A stretch of 64,000 nucleotides of DNA, taken from the NCBI RefSeq assembly GCF_009914755.1, contig NC_060931.1, one strand, 5' to 3'. The translations under genes were made by a program, and so were the position numbers. This document shows, one piece after another, positions 34,134 to 52,630 of the stretch (the first letter of the stretch is position 1; every line of letters begins with the position of its first letter). Source of the stretch: the human T2T-CHM13v2.0 reference genome, Homo sapiens. The notes under the pieces are model-generated. The model did not search any database and was not told the DNA's origin. It worked only from the letters and a program-made list of their open reading frames with translations.

Positions 34134-34502
34134 AGAAAAAAAGTCTCCTCCACAGCAACTTCCTCAGCATTTCAAACAACAATCAGGGACTTCTGTTGTT
34201 GTTGTTAAGGGCAGTCTTCTAGGCTTCAAGCACCAACAGATGTTCCTCCTTCATGGCCTTGAAGGTTGTCAGTTTGCATGTATCAGAAGTGCAAAGGTAT
34301 ATTAAAATAAAGAACAGCACATTTAGAATTAAGGAAAGTCTGGATCATTTAGTGTTCTGATTCCAGGTGACATCTGGCACCCATTACCGTACCCGTGCTT
34401 TACTCTGCATGGAGAGAAAGTGCTGGAGTGAAAGTCTGGCCCTGGAGGTGCAAGAAGGTGCCCTACTGTGCTGCTTCTGCCTGACAGAAGCCTTGAGGGG
34501 CT
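34134..34502 (-). pseudogene. GCNT1: Inverted 5' segment of a GCNT1 processed pseudogene (5'UTR plus first codons; the symbol is that of the parent gene)
   Basis: The - strand ATG at 34170 reads [11 protein letters not shown] (GCNT1 N-terminus MLRTLLRRRLF); upstream GATGTCACCTGGAATCAG...GCAAACTGACAACCTTCAAGGCC...TCCCTGATTGTTGTTTGAAATG matches the GCNT1 5'UTR as I recall it. Confidence 0.85.
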
Positions 34503-36450
<1,948 letters not shown>

Positions 36451-36529
36451 AAAATTTGAACTAACAATTGTCATAATTAATCTCATTTTAAAGTTAGTCC
36501 ATGTTGAACTTTTCTGGACTATTTATGCA

Positions 36530-37515
<986 letters not shown>

Positions 37516-38709
37516 TCTTTCTGGTCATGGTCATTATAAATGCTTGTGAAAATGTTTAATCTCCTTCACTGCAGTAAAATTCAGATTCAAACAAATAATA
37601 CTCATTTTTATTTTTGAGTCCTAACATTTTAAGTTGAACTCTTCCCACCCTCTTGAAAGCAAAATATTCTGATAGTCTCGTCTCAATATTTAGCATATCT
37701 TTTTCTGAATCATAAAACCACCATTTGTTAAGAAGGTAACAAAAAAATGGGGATGTGGTTCTTTAAAATTACAGCAATTTCACATATCTGCACCATAATC
37801 TACTACACCTGTTCATACACCCACCTCCTGCCATTATTAATAGTCTTTTGCTTTTACAATTTTCCATTCAAACCTCATTTTTAAAAACTAGGGTGACCAC
37901 CAAATTGGGCGAGTCACTTTTACAGTCAATTCTTCTGGTTAGTAGAATTTCAATTCTCAGTTTTGTTTTTAAATAGTAAGAGTTATCCTAAGTGTCCAAA
38001 AATGTAGTTGAGTAGTATCATCATCTTTCTTAAGCGTATCAGAAGAAGGCAAGGAATTTTAACGCAATATTAATTCAAATTTATGACTTGAGTTATGTAC
38101 TATGATAGGTGTGATTGGAAGTAAAATGTACTCACAAATGTCAATTTGCCTAAGTTTCAATCAAATGGGAAAGGCATAACTCAATAGACGTTATGGAGAT
38201 AAGTTGTAAACAATACTACATTAGTGGGAAACTTCTGCAAGTCTATTAAGTTCATTAAATGAGACATATTTAGGCATGCTTTTAACTTGAACCTTTTGTT
38301 TTCTCCATATGCCTTGACTTTAATGCTAAATTACTGTTGTCATAATAAATATTTATAAGTCTATTACCAGTGGCACTTAATGGTAAAACTAAGAAATGAT
38401 GAGAAATAGAGTTTGGGAAATTCCTCACTCCACTAACAACTTCATAAGGAGAGATTCAGAATTTCCAAGACAGAAATTTGGGCCTTGGTTTATATAATAG
38501 ATGAGTTCCTGTAATTTGCATTTACAGGAGAACTCCTGGAGATTACTTTGCTCAACTCCCTAATATTGAGAAAGTGAAGACTAGAGAATTTTCTGATGCA
38601 ACCAGTGTGACAAAACTTATTGGTAACTGCCCTAGAATCTGGGACAGAGGTCTTCCCAAGCATCCCTGCCTTCTTTTCCAGGATCTTATAACCAATTTAG
38701 TTAAGGCGG

Positions 38710-38805
38710 AGAATTCCTCCTAGAGAAGGAATTCTTTTTTTATATAAAGTTAGTAATCATACTAACTTTATAAAATTATACTATAAAAAATATAAAAATT
38801 ATACT
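38710..38805. repeat. Two adjacent perfect inverted repeats (9 bp and 13 bp arms) plus a direct repeat
   Basis: AGAATTCCT/AGGAATTCT; TATAAAGTTAGTA-ATCA-TACTAACTTTATA; AAAATTATACT twice. Confidence 0.9.
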
Positions 38806-40075
38806 GTATTTTCTATAAATTTTGACAATAATACCTCTATTTAGTATACCCATGGGAAAATATATTCAAGCAATTCATCCATCAAGTTTGAATTAAAAGA
38901 GTTTGGAGGTTGTGTGAGGACGTAACCTGAATTGATCAAAAGAGTTAAACCATAAATAATTTGGAAGATTTTTTTCTTGTAAATAGCAGTGAGACTAAGC
39001 TGACCATGTCTTGTTGCTCATAGACTTAGAGATCCCATTTTAATAACTGAATGGGGGTAATGGGTAATCAATCAGATGTCTAAGCTGAGTTGTTCTATCT
39101 TGCCTTGACTCAAGGGGGTCTAAAGCCCAGCCACTTCTAATTTGTGATTTTGGAAGTTCTAATTATGATATTACTTTAATTATTAAAAATTTCCAGCAAA
39201 GGGAAAGTGGAGGCCTTACAGGAAATTGCACCAGAGGCTTTCAGTGGAGCCCCAAATAGGAACATTCCCTGTCTCATCTTCTTCCATCAGTATGGACTGT
39301 AAAAAGAAGTGGGGAGATTATCATGCTAAGGACATGACATACAAGAGTCCTTGGACTTATTGAGAATCTTGGTCTCAACACACAATATGCAATTAAAATG
39401 GAGAAAGATTTGGCTGCTTAATGGTATTCATTTTCATATGGGCTGGGTGGGGTCCTCATGCCAAGGGAAGTCTAAGTTATAAAACAATTACTCAAGCTCT
39501 TGTGGCTGAGCCATTATTGTCCAAGAATCAGGCTATTCATTAAAGAAAAACTTACCTTTTGAGTCCTAGTCACACTAAAAATCCCTTTCATTAAAGTGGT
39601 GGCAACTCCTCGTCAATAAGGGAAGGGAACTGACATTTGTGTACCTGCAATATGTTTTGCATGTTTCCTCATTTTCACAATAGCTCTGTCAGACATGTAT
39701 TACTGCATTTCACAAATGAAGGAACAAATTCTAAGAAAGGAAGAAAGTGACTCCAGGTCACTTTCAGAAGACTGATCTGTCTGAACTCCAGATGAGCTGT
39801 CTGAACTCAGAGTTCAAGTCCATTCCACCATACTCTGCTCTTTACCTGATATAAGAAGAGCCAGAGGATCCCAAAACCTCCATTCAGAGTGAAAATATAT
39901 TGTAAAATCCCATATCCTTTGGGTGTGAAGACAGTTGGCCTTGCTATGATGCCATATTATGCCCTGTGCATTTTATCTGCAAAATCTGCTGGCTATACCA
40001 AACGGCCAGAAAATATCTCCAGCTATGATTAACTAACTCTAGGGTGGGTGCTTAACTAAGAAATGCAATTTGATT

Positions 40076-40425
<350 letters not shown>

Positions 40426-40782
40426 CTAATCCCAGCTTCATTGTTTTGAGATTGTCAGATGCCAAAAGTAGTGAAGACAAGGGGCCAAGGCAGATGTTAC
40501 AACAAATTAACAAGGGATGCTGCAGGCCAGGGAAGAGTTGTAAGTGTTTGAGGCATACGTTCAAGTCATCTAACCTTGTTGACTAAAAAAGGCTGTCAGA
40601 AAGTAAACAGCCACAGAGACAAGACAGCTGAGCTCCCAGCAGTATCTGGCTTTATCATCAGTAGCTTCACTGCTGTCTGGCTAAGCGTTTGGGCTGGCTT
40701 TCCCATGCAATGGGATCATGTAAGACGGAACATTAGGTCATGTCCAGTTTACCAGAGCCAGTCAAGTGTGTTCTACATTTAG

Positions 40783-41258
<476 letters not shown>

Positions 41259-41876
41259 TAATAGTAGTAGGGTATTTTTTCATCACATTCACAAAGGTAA
41301 ATATATAGACCTGCCTAATTGTGAAGATTCATACACATTAGATACATTCAGTGGGAATTATCTCCAAAATATGCCTATTATAAAATACAGTGGTGTATTA
41401 AAGGGTCTTCCAAATGAATGTGTTAAAATATAAATATGTAAAAACTGAGAAGTCTTACCAAAAACCAAAGGACGTGCAAACAGCATTTTTAGATGGGGGA
41501 AAAAAATGTTCACCATCACACTGATAAGAAAAAAGATGTGCAAAACAAAATTGCAATGAGATCTTTTTTTTTGCTTCTAATATTTAAAAAATTACAGTAT
41601 TCAATGCAAGAAAGGGTACGCTGAGAATAGACTTTCTTGTATTCAGCTGGTAAAAATATAAATTGCTATGAGCTCTCCAGAAAGAAATTTACCAGTATAT
41701 TTCAAAAGCCTTAAAATGTTCATACTGCCTCTGAAAGTACAACGGTATTAGAAACTCTGGGGCGGGTCCAATCCACCTGTGTTTTAACAAACTATCCAAG
41801 TGATTTTGATGCGCACTTAGGTTTGAGAACCACTGCCCTAGGGACTCTCACCCAGTCCCATGGCTTAATGGCTATC

Positions 41877-42234
41877 TGCTAGATTGAATGTTTATGTCCC
41901 CCCAAAATTTATATATTGAAACCTAATCCCCAATGTGATGTTATTTAGATGTGGGGACTTAGGGAGGTGATTAGGTCATCACGGTGGAGCACTCGTGGCA
42001 CTAATCTGTTATAAAAGGAACCTCAGAGAGCTCCTTTACCCCTTCCATGATGTGAGGTTACAGTGAAAAGGCACAGTCTACAAACCAAGAGGCGGGCTCT
42101 CACTAGACACCAAATCTGCTGGTGCCTTGATCTTGGACTTCCCAGTCTCCAGAACTGCAAGAAATAGATTTCTGTTGATTATAAGCCAGCCAGTCTATGA
42201 TATTTTCTTATGGCAGCATGAACAGACTAAGATA
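41877..42234 (+). mobile_element. MaLR solo LTR (MLT1A0-like)
   Basis: TGCTAGATTGAATGTTTATGTCCCCCCAAAA...CTTGGACTTCCCAG...GACTAAGATA; TSD CTATC/CCATC. Confidence 0.9.
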
Positions 42235-42549
42235 CCATCTCTAGGCCAATGGATCCTAAATCAACATCTGTACCCCACATATTTTTTCTGAATTCCAGGC
42301 CCAAATAACCAACTTCCCACTTGATATTTCCATTTTATATGTCATAAATACTTCAAAATAAACATTTTTAAGATTAAGTTCAGACATTTCTCCTTAAAAT
42401 CTTCTCTACCTCCAATGATCCCAATCTCCACAAATGGCACTATCAATTCTGCTCAAGTCAGAAACCTCAGTGTTATCCTTGACTCCTCTCACTTTCTTCC
42501 ACTTCATCCCTATATCCAATCAAGCACAGTCTCCTAAAGGTTAAGATAT

Positions 42550-42888
42550 TACTATGCATCGAATTGTGTTCTCCCAAAATTCATATATTGAAGCCCTAAC
42601 TCCTAAAATAACTCTGTCCGGGGTCTTTAGGAGATTATATAATAAGGCAAAATGTGGGGCCCTAATCCCATGGGACTGTGACCTTATAAGAAGAGAAAGA
42701 GATTTCTCTGTTTTGCTTTCTCCCTGCCATATGGGGCCACAGCAAGAAGATATCTGAAAGCCAAGAAGAGAGCTTGACCTACCCTGCCAGATGTTAATCT
42801 GGGACTTCCAAACTGGGAGAAAATAAATGTCTATAGTTTTGCCACCAGTCTATGGTATTTATTATGGCTACTTAAGAAGACTAAGACA
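42550..42888 (+). mobile_element. MaLR solo LTR (MLT1A-like)
   Basis: CCCAAAATTCATATATTGAAGCCCTAAC...GACTAAGACA; perfect 5-bp TSD GATAT; both LTRs sit in an L2 remnant. Confidence 0.85.
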
Positions 42889-43562
42889 GATATCTATAAG
42901 CTGTCCATTTCTGTTCACCTCCACTGCTACCATCCTATAGATGGAAACTCCACAGTTTCCCTCTAGATCAGTCTCACACTCTTCATATCATTCTCTATAC
43001 CAAGCTAGAGGGATATCATCAAGTCAGGTTTCTGTTTAAAATCCTCCAATGGCTTTCCATTGTCTTTCAAATACGGCCCAAATACTTAACATAGATATGT
43101 CAGGATGCTACAAGAAATAGTAAGTGGTGGTCCCCAACCCCACTCTATTACACTGATCCCTTATCTCTCCTCCTCTAAACACTTGCTGCCCTTGGTATTT
43201 GCATCATTTCACCAGCAGGGTCCTGGTCAGCCTGCTCCAACTTGGAAAACATATGGCTCCTCTCCCCAGTCCACTTGGGATCATCTTTAACTGTGAGACT
43301 GTGCTCAGGTCCAACTCTCAGGCACCCCATGAAGGCCCTGTACTATAATCTTACTCAGTGAGTATACTGTCCAAATTTTTCCAATGTCTAGCTTGTTAAT
43401 TTTTTGTTTTAAACTTAAAAGCCAAAAAATTTAAGTTTCTGTTCTTGGCTTTCTTTGGGATACTTCCTTTGCCTCTTAGGGAAAAATACCCCTTGGCTTA
43501 CAGCCCAAGTGGTGAAGGGTTTAAGGTTTACAAAGTTCTGGGATTAAAAAGACATCAGTTAG

Positions 43563-44670
<1,108 letters not shown>

Positions 44671-46007
44671 CCCATCAGTTAGTACTCTACAAATTACCTT
44701 AATGCATTGGCTAAAATGCCCTATACTATTTGGCCTCTGTGTACAGCTCACCACTCTCTTCAGCTTTATTGGGGGAAAGCCATGTGGAATTTTAGTTCCT
44801 CGAATAGACTGTGCTCTCTCCCACCTTTCGGCCTTCACACATACTGACCCATCTACCTGGAATACTTTTTTTCCCCTTACCTCTGCCTGTTCACTCTCCA
44901 TGTCTCCATCTAAATATCATTTCCTTAGGAAGAACATCTTCGACCACATTTATATAAGATTAGTTTCCCTGTCAAACATTCCCAGCATACTTAGAATTTC
45001 TTTCAACCTGTAATTTATATATTTATTATTACTTACAATTATTTGTTTAATATCTATCTGTCTATGTCTAATGGAACTTAAGCTATAAATTCCATGTGTC
45101 TGTTTTGTTCTCTAAAATAATCTCGGCGTCTAAAACATACTAAGTGTTCAGTGAGTATCTATGACTGACACCAAGGGTAAATTATTTTTGTGTAGATTTC
45201 AGAATTAGGGTTCTCATACCACATCTGTTTATCTGCAGTATCCTAAGACTGCAAAATATGTTGTTAAAAAAAAGTTGCAAATGCAAAGTATCCTGAGTGG
45301 ATCAGAATTTTATCAATATTATGCAACCAATACAAATCGGGAATAAACTTGTTTGCTTACATATAATCATTGCCCGTATACCGTAGTTTTACACTTTCAT
45401 CTCCGTCAAAATAGTCTCATTGTTCTCATGGAACTCAGGCAACAACTTTAGAATAAATAAATGGTATATATTTGAAGTTGATCAAGTACAGGTGCAGTAA
45501 TGAAATACTATTTCTGCATAAGATTTCACTTGAAAAGAGAGCTTGAAAGCTACTTTAAACAGTGGCTTTAACTCCTAGAGAAAGCAGAAACAGGACTTTT
45601 ACAGTAAGGTTGGAAGAAAAATCTAGAGTTCTCCTTTCCACAAAGACCTGTGAGACATCTGCAGGAGCATCATTATTTTTATCTGAGCTGTTTTGTGGCC
45701 ACCTGAAACATTTACAATAATACTCCTAGTCTTAGTTGTTATTCTTCTCTATTACCCTTATCCTACATAATCTTTCCTTCTCCAATTTACACAACCAAGA
45801 TACATTTCTCAATGGGCTGGAGAAAAGGAGAGGAAGGATTAAGAGGGGGAAGGAGAGCCCTAAGGGAAAGAGCTGGGCCTCAAGCATCTCCTAGGCAACC
45901 TATAACATGGACTTTCCTGCCACAAATCTTTTCACTTTTCTGCTTTACAACCCAGTAAGAAATATAAAGTATATTAGACTCCATGTCATACTGGAAATGA
46001 TACTAGG

Positions 46008-46307
46008 TTTGTTTTCTGTTGTTGTTGTTTTTGTTGTTTTACCGAGTCTCGCTCTGTCACCCAGGCTGGAGTGATCTTGGGTCACTGCAACCTCTGCCTC
46101 CCAGGTTCAAGCAATTCTCCTGCCTCAGCCTCCCGAGTAGCTGGGATTACAGGCACGTGCCACCACGCCTTGCTAATTTTTGTATTTTTAGTAGAGACAG
46201 GGTTTTACCATGTTGCACAGGCTGGTCTGGAACTCCTGACCTCGTGATCCGCCCGCCTTGGCCTCCCAAAGTGCTGGGATTACAGGCGTGAGCCACCACA
46301 TCCAGCC
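46008..46307 (-). mobile_element. Alu, AluS-like
   Basis: Antisense dimer with small deletions; TSD ATGATAC(T/C)AG. Confidence 0.93.
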
Positions 46308-46734
46308 ATGATACCAGTATTTATGTCATCTTCAGGATGACCGTGGTTCGAATCACATTAATGAAATAATTTAGCTACAGCAGTGATTCTCTGAAGTCTC
46401 AACAGAGAATCCATTACTAATCAACTTCCAGACCTGAGTCATCAAATCTATTACTAGCTACCAACAATGTAACAACTTCACTTGGATATCAAATCTAACG
46501 TGTCTCAAATGGAACTCGTTATCTTACTCCACAGATTGGTTTCACTTCTTAATTTCCCTGTGTGAGCTAGTGCTAAAGTCATAATCCCCGTCAGGCGAGT
46601 TTACAACCTAGCGGCTATCTTTAACCTCTCTCTTTTCCCATTCTCACAGTACAGAGAAGAGGGAAGGAATTAGGACCTGCTGTCTGTTCTACCCACTAAC
46701 ATGGGCTAGACACTGACATCAGAGAGTTGTCAAG

Positions 46735-46890
46735 GTGTAGACCAAGGTCCTTGTGGGTCAGAATGCCTTGTGGCTCTTGTTAAAAATGCAGACTTCCCAC
46801 CACACTTCAAACCTACTCAATCAGCATTGGGTTGGGGAACTGACATTTTAAATTAGATTCCCAGGAAGCTTTTAAGGCCAACTAAAGGGA
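46735..46890. mobile_element. MER5-type fragment
   Basis: CTTGTTAAAAATGCAGACTTCC...ACCTACTCAATCAG. Confidence 0.55.
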
Positions 46891-47052
46891 AGCAGTACTC
46901 TACAGGAAATGACCCAGTTATAGAGAGACACATGTGGAGGAGCAGCAAGGTCAGTAAGGCACCCTGTCCAAAGGGCACAACAAAGATTCGAGGGGAAGCC
47001 CTCATGTCCCAAGCAGGTGGATGAAACATAGAAGCAGAAAATTGGTAGGTAA

Positions 47053-47349
<297 letters not shown>

Positions 47350-47851
47350 GGGTCAGTACTTCTAAGCTCACATTTACATCTGTTTGTGAATAGCCTTCAC
47401 CAGGGTAGGGCAGGAGAGACTCTAGTTCCCCAAAAGTTGGACCAATCAGAACAAGTCATGCCAGAGCCTAGTTCTGAGCATTAAAGCACACAGGGGAGGA
47501 ATAGTAGCAACTCAGGTAACGATGCGGCATTCCAGGGTTATCACTGGCTGGTTGGATCCCAGCTCTCTTAGACAAGAAAGAGACTTAGGGAACAATACAG
47601 GAAGCAGGGCGCTAGAAGGAATCATTGAGGGTTTCATCTGTATCAGCCAGGATTTGGTTGCCAATAAAAGAAACCACTTTAGCTACTTTAAACTTATAGA
47701 GATTTAATATAATGAACTAGGAGCTTTCAAAATTACTGGAAAGGCTGGGGAAACAGGCTCCAGGCTGAGCTTCCAAGAATAATTGCCAGAAGTGCCTACC
47801 AAGGTAGCTATTTCTTGTGCCATCCTCAGAAAACCGAGGACTGATCAGAAA

Positions 47852-47912
47852 GCACTTCAGCCTGGCGACAAGAGCAAGACTCCATTTCAAAAAAAAAAAA
47901 AAAAAAAAAAAA
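47852..47912 (+). mobile_element. Alu 3'-terminal fragment with poly(A)
   Basis: GCACTTCAGCCTGGCGACAAGAGCAAGACTCCATTTC then about 25 A. Confidence 0.9.
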
Positions 47913-48013
47913 AGAATGCCTAACCTCCTGGGAATGCAGCCCTGTAGGTCTCAGCCTTATTTTACCCAGCCTCTCTTCAAGATGGAGTCACTCTGGTTCA
48001 AACAACTCTGACA
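47913..48013 (-). mobile_element. MER41-family LTR 5'-terminal fragment
   Basis: Homologous to 21519-21619 (AGAATGCC...CAGCCTTATTTTACCCAG...CAAGATGGAG...CTCTGACA). Confidence 0.9.
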
Positions 48014-48759
48014 ATGTCACCCTTGTACCACTTCTCTTGTCCAAATATCATACTCATACGTTTGTTTGGCAGAGGCTGGGTCACATATGGAATCTGACAG
48101 AGTCTGAGAAATGAAGGCTGCAACTCTCTGTCCTGTAGCACGCTACAAAGGAAAGAGGGGTAGAGTTGTATAGGCCATATATGATATCTCTCTAGGCATC
48201 TAGTCAGCTATAAGTTTCTCCACTAGAATGAAAGTTATCAGAAGCCAGGGACCTATTGTTTACCATTTTAGGGGCCCCAGTAGTTCACAGAATGTCTGAT
48301 GAATAGTTGGAGTGTTGTGGGGGTGAAGAAGGAAAGAAGGAAGCAAGGAAGGAAAGAAGTTCAAGATTAGGTCAGGGCAGAGTCTACAGGCAGAAAACAG
48401 GAAACTCAGTTTTGATGGTATTTAAAACCTAAAATGAAATGAAGCAGGGATGGACACTAATAATTCTTCTTTCCTAGTAGTGTTTGCTTTTAGTCTGTTT
48501 CTCTTCATTTCCATGCTGATGAACTTAATACAGTTGAAATTCCTTAAGTCTGGAAAAAATCAATTGTCTCCTAACTGGTACCTTGCCCAATTTATCCCCA
48601 TTCTTCCCCATTCTAGTCCATTCTACACACCAATCTCTGGACTGGGTTTCCTAAAACATGATCTTCCAACTTTTTACTTGCAAACACTTCTAAAAGAATT
48701 TTGTAAAGCTTGTGTCCTCTTGCACATTTTTAAGCTGACATCTAAAATTCTTCATCCCA

Positions 48760-49600
48760 TGTTAAAATAGTTGCAAAGGATGTAACTTCCAATGTTCTGT
48801 AAATATTGTCATTTTAAAATAAAAATATTATAGCACTTTAAAAATATATCTAATATAATCTAAATACCACATCATCCCTTTTTAAAAAATACATGAACAA
48901 GCTGTTCTTTAATAATCAGAAATTTTGTATTTTTCCTTTTCCTCCTTGAACTCATATTTCTATTCTGCTTCCACCAAAAAATTGTATCCTAGTATGATAT
49001 TTTTATTCCTAAAAGTCTTTTTATCAATTATCTTAATTATCACAATAAAAGTATATATGTTGAAATTATTTCCTGTGACCATGAAGCTATGTTTAAGAAT
49101 TATCCTGGATTGAGATATCATCTCAATTATTATTATAATATTATTGACAAAAACAACATGAATATATTACAACTGTTGATAAGTAATTATTAAACAGAAA
49201 AAGTAAATTTTTATTTAAATCTATCTCTTAACTAGCTGGGTGGAGCCTGGCTGGTTTTGCTAAAATTAAGTCAGGTATCTTAGATAAAAATTACTTACTA
49301 TATTGAGACATGGTTCAATCTGTTTCATTCCCCCCACCTTTTTCTGTTTTATTATTAATGTAAATGCTGGGAAAATTTGTTTGCATAAATAAGTAGGTAG
49401 GAATAGAAACAGTGCTCTCAATTCTTTGCACTCTGTCAGAATCATGTCAAAAATCTTGGGGCAATCTGGTATCAAAAATTATTTTTTAATTATCTATCAG
49501 GTGATGACTCAATTGCAGACGTTCCTACAAAGATCTATAAATCGCTTATTAATAGCAAACTAGGAAACCATCTAATTGCAAAAGAATTTGTTATGCATTT
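48760..49600 (-). mobile_element. hAT/Charlie DNA transposon remnant (transposase C-terminal dimerisation region)
   Basis: ORF 49266-49475 contains ECKELRALFLFLPTYLCKQIFPAFTLI, a decayed Buster/Charlie LLPFxTTYLCExGFS motif. Confidence 0.7.
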
Positions 49601-49614
49601 ATTAATGTGACAGC

Positions 49615-49800
49615 AAACATGGATGGAATTGGAAGCGATTATCCTAAGTGAAATAACTCAGAAATTTAAATACTCATGTTCTCAGTTATAAGTGTGAGCT
49701 AAACACTGGGTACACATGGACATATGGAGTGGAATAATAGACATTGGAGACTATAAAAGGTGGGAGGGTGGGAGGAGGATAAAGGTTATTACCTACTGGT
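49615..49800 (+). mobile_element. L1 3'UTR fragment (L1PB/L1MA-like)
   Basis: AACATGGATGGAATTGGAAG...TAAGTGAAATAACTCAG...GACATTGGAGACT. Confidence 0.85.
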
Positions 49801-49807
49801 AATAACC

Positions 49808-50204
49808 AATAGGGTAAATGAGGTATCCATCACTTTAAGCCTTATTCTTTCTTTGTGTTACAATCATTCCTATTACACTCTTTTAGTTATTTTTAAAAGT
49901 ACATTAAATTATTGTTGACTCTGGTCACCCTGTTGTACTATCAAGTAGCAGATATTATTCATTCTAACTATATTTTTGTAGCCATTAACCATCTCCATTT
50001 CCCCAACCTCTGTGGCCCCCCCTACCCTTCTCAGCCTCTGGTAACCATCATTCTGCTCTCTATCTCCATGAGTTCAATTATTTTAATTTTAAGCTCCCAC
50101 AATTGAATGAGACCATGCGAAGTTTGTCTTTCTGTGCCTGGCTTATTTCACTTAACATAATGACCTCCAGTTCCATCCGTGTTGTTGCAAATGACAGGAT
50201 CTCA
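49808..50204 (-). mobile_element. L1MA-like 3'UTR fragment
   Basis: GCCTCTGGTAACCATCATTCT...GGCTTATTTCACTTAACATAATGACCTCCAGTTCCATCC. Confidence 0.9.
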
Positions 50205-50657
50205 AGGAATCTACATTTTTAACAAGCACTCCAACTGATTCAGATGCAGATGGTCCTTAGGTTCTACTTCAGGAAACATTCACCTAAAGGGGGAGTATAC
50301 TGGAAAATGTAAAAGTTGAAATTTGCAGAGGTGGTTTATAAAACGAAAAAATTAACAACTAGAGTGTGTTAATTAAGCTGGATTTCGGGCAAGGAGAACC
50401 ACTACAAAGTGCGTATGTATGAATTCAGTGTCAATTTAAACAGAAGCACAACTTTGCCTATGGTAGTTATTCATCTCCAAGGGATCTCTGAGGTCCAAAG
50501 GTGAGCTCACCCTATGCCCTTGAGTCTGTGTGCTCTCCTGGGGACAAAGAGGACCTGCCAAGTCGCCTTACCATTCTTGTAACAAAACATTTTATATACT
50601 AAAGAAGGGCTAAAGACATCACACTATATAAGCTACTTTACAGGCTAAACAATTTGA

Positions 50658-51163
<506 letters not shown>

Positions 51164-51427
51164 TAGTGTTCGTAGTATAGTTGTGCTATAAAATAAAAAA
51201 CAGTAACAGGCTGAAATAAGAAGTGACAAACTCTTAGGGGTAAAAGATTTCTGGCAAACATGAACTTATTAGATTTGTAGTATATGTTTGTCTACTTACC
51301 TTTAGAATTACTAAAATATTATTTATCTACATATAAATATATGTTAAAATTTTTTTACAGGAAAGGTATAAGGTCTTTATAAACATTCAAATTCTCCTAA
51401 CCTATGGAGTGGATAATAAACTGATTA

Positions 51428-51981
<554 letters not shown>

Positions 51982-52439
51982 AGCCTAGGTGATTTTTTTA
52001 AAACATTTTGTTTTTAAACATTTTGTTCTTAAACATTTCAAACATATGCAAAAATATGCTAGTACAATGAAACTACTCTAGCTTTAGATCCTTAATTTAC
52101 TTCGGACACTGGGGATTTTTTCTTTCTTTTTTTTCCAAATTCAGCTGTGTATACATTTTTGTTTGTTATATTGTATCCAGCATTTCTAGCTATATGCTGG
52201 AAAGTCTATCTATATATGTCTAGTATTATTTCATCTGTACTCCCCGCATTGCCCTCTCCTCCCCTTACTGGATTATGTTAAAGCAAATCTCACATCATCA
52301 TTTTTATCCTTATTATTTTAGTATATATCTCCAAAAAGTGACTTTCTAAAAAACATAACCACAACATCATTATCATACCTAAAACATTAACAATATGTGA
52401 CTATTTTAAAATACACTGGAGCTTGCATATCCAAAGGAA

Positions 52440-52630
52440 GATTCTCTTCAAAGAATCATCTTAAAAGGCTATAATTTCCCAAAACATTTTTGGATACCTC
52501 TCAGGATTACTTTCAGGACTAGCAATATATTAAGTATCCCGAATGGTGACAAATCTTCACTCTTCAAGGGTAGACTGGACTTGAAAATAGCTGAAAAGTC
52601 TTTAGGAATAAACCCTAATGAGCGGTTGGA
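52440..52630. mobile_element. MARNA (mariner-derived) fragment
   Basis: CAAAACATTTTTGGA..CCTCT...CTTTCAG...AATGGTGACAAATCTTCACTCTT..AGGGTAGA resembles the MARNA consensus. Confidence 0.6.

Noticed and set aside
39774-39812. Short tandem duplication (CTGTCTGAACTC twice), with similar cases at 52000-52038 and 57793-57822
   Set aside because: Ordinary slippage-type micro-duplications inside or next to repeats
46340-46360. tRNA T-loop/B-box-like GGTTCGAATC
   Set aside because: No complete T stem, A box or cloverleaf
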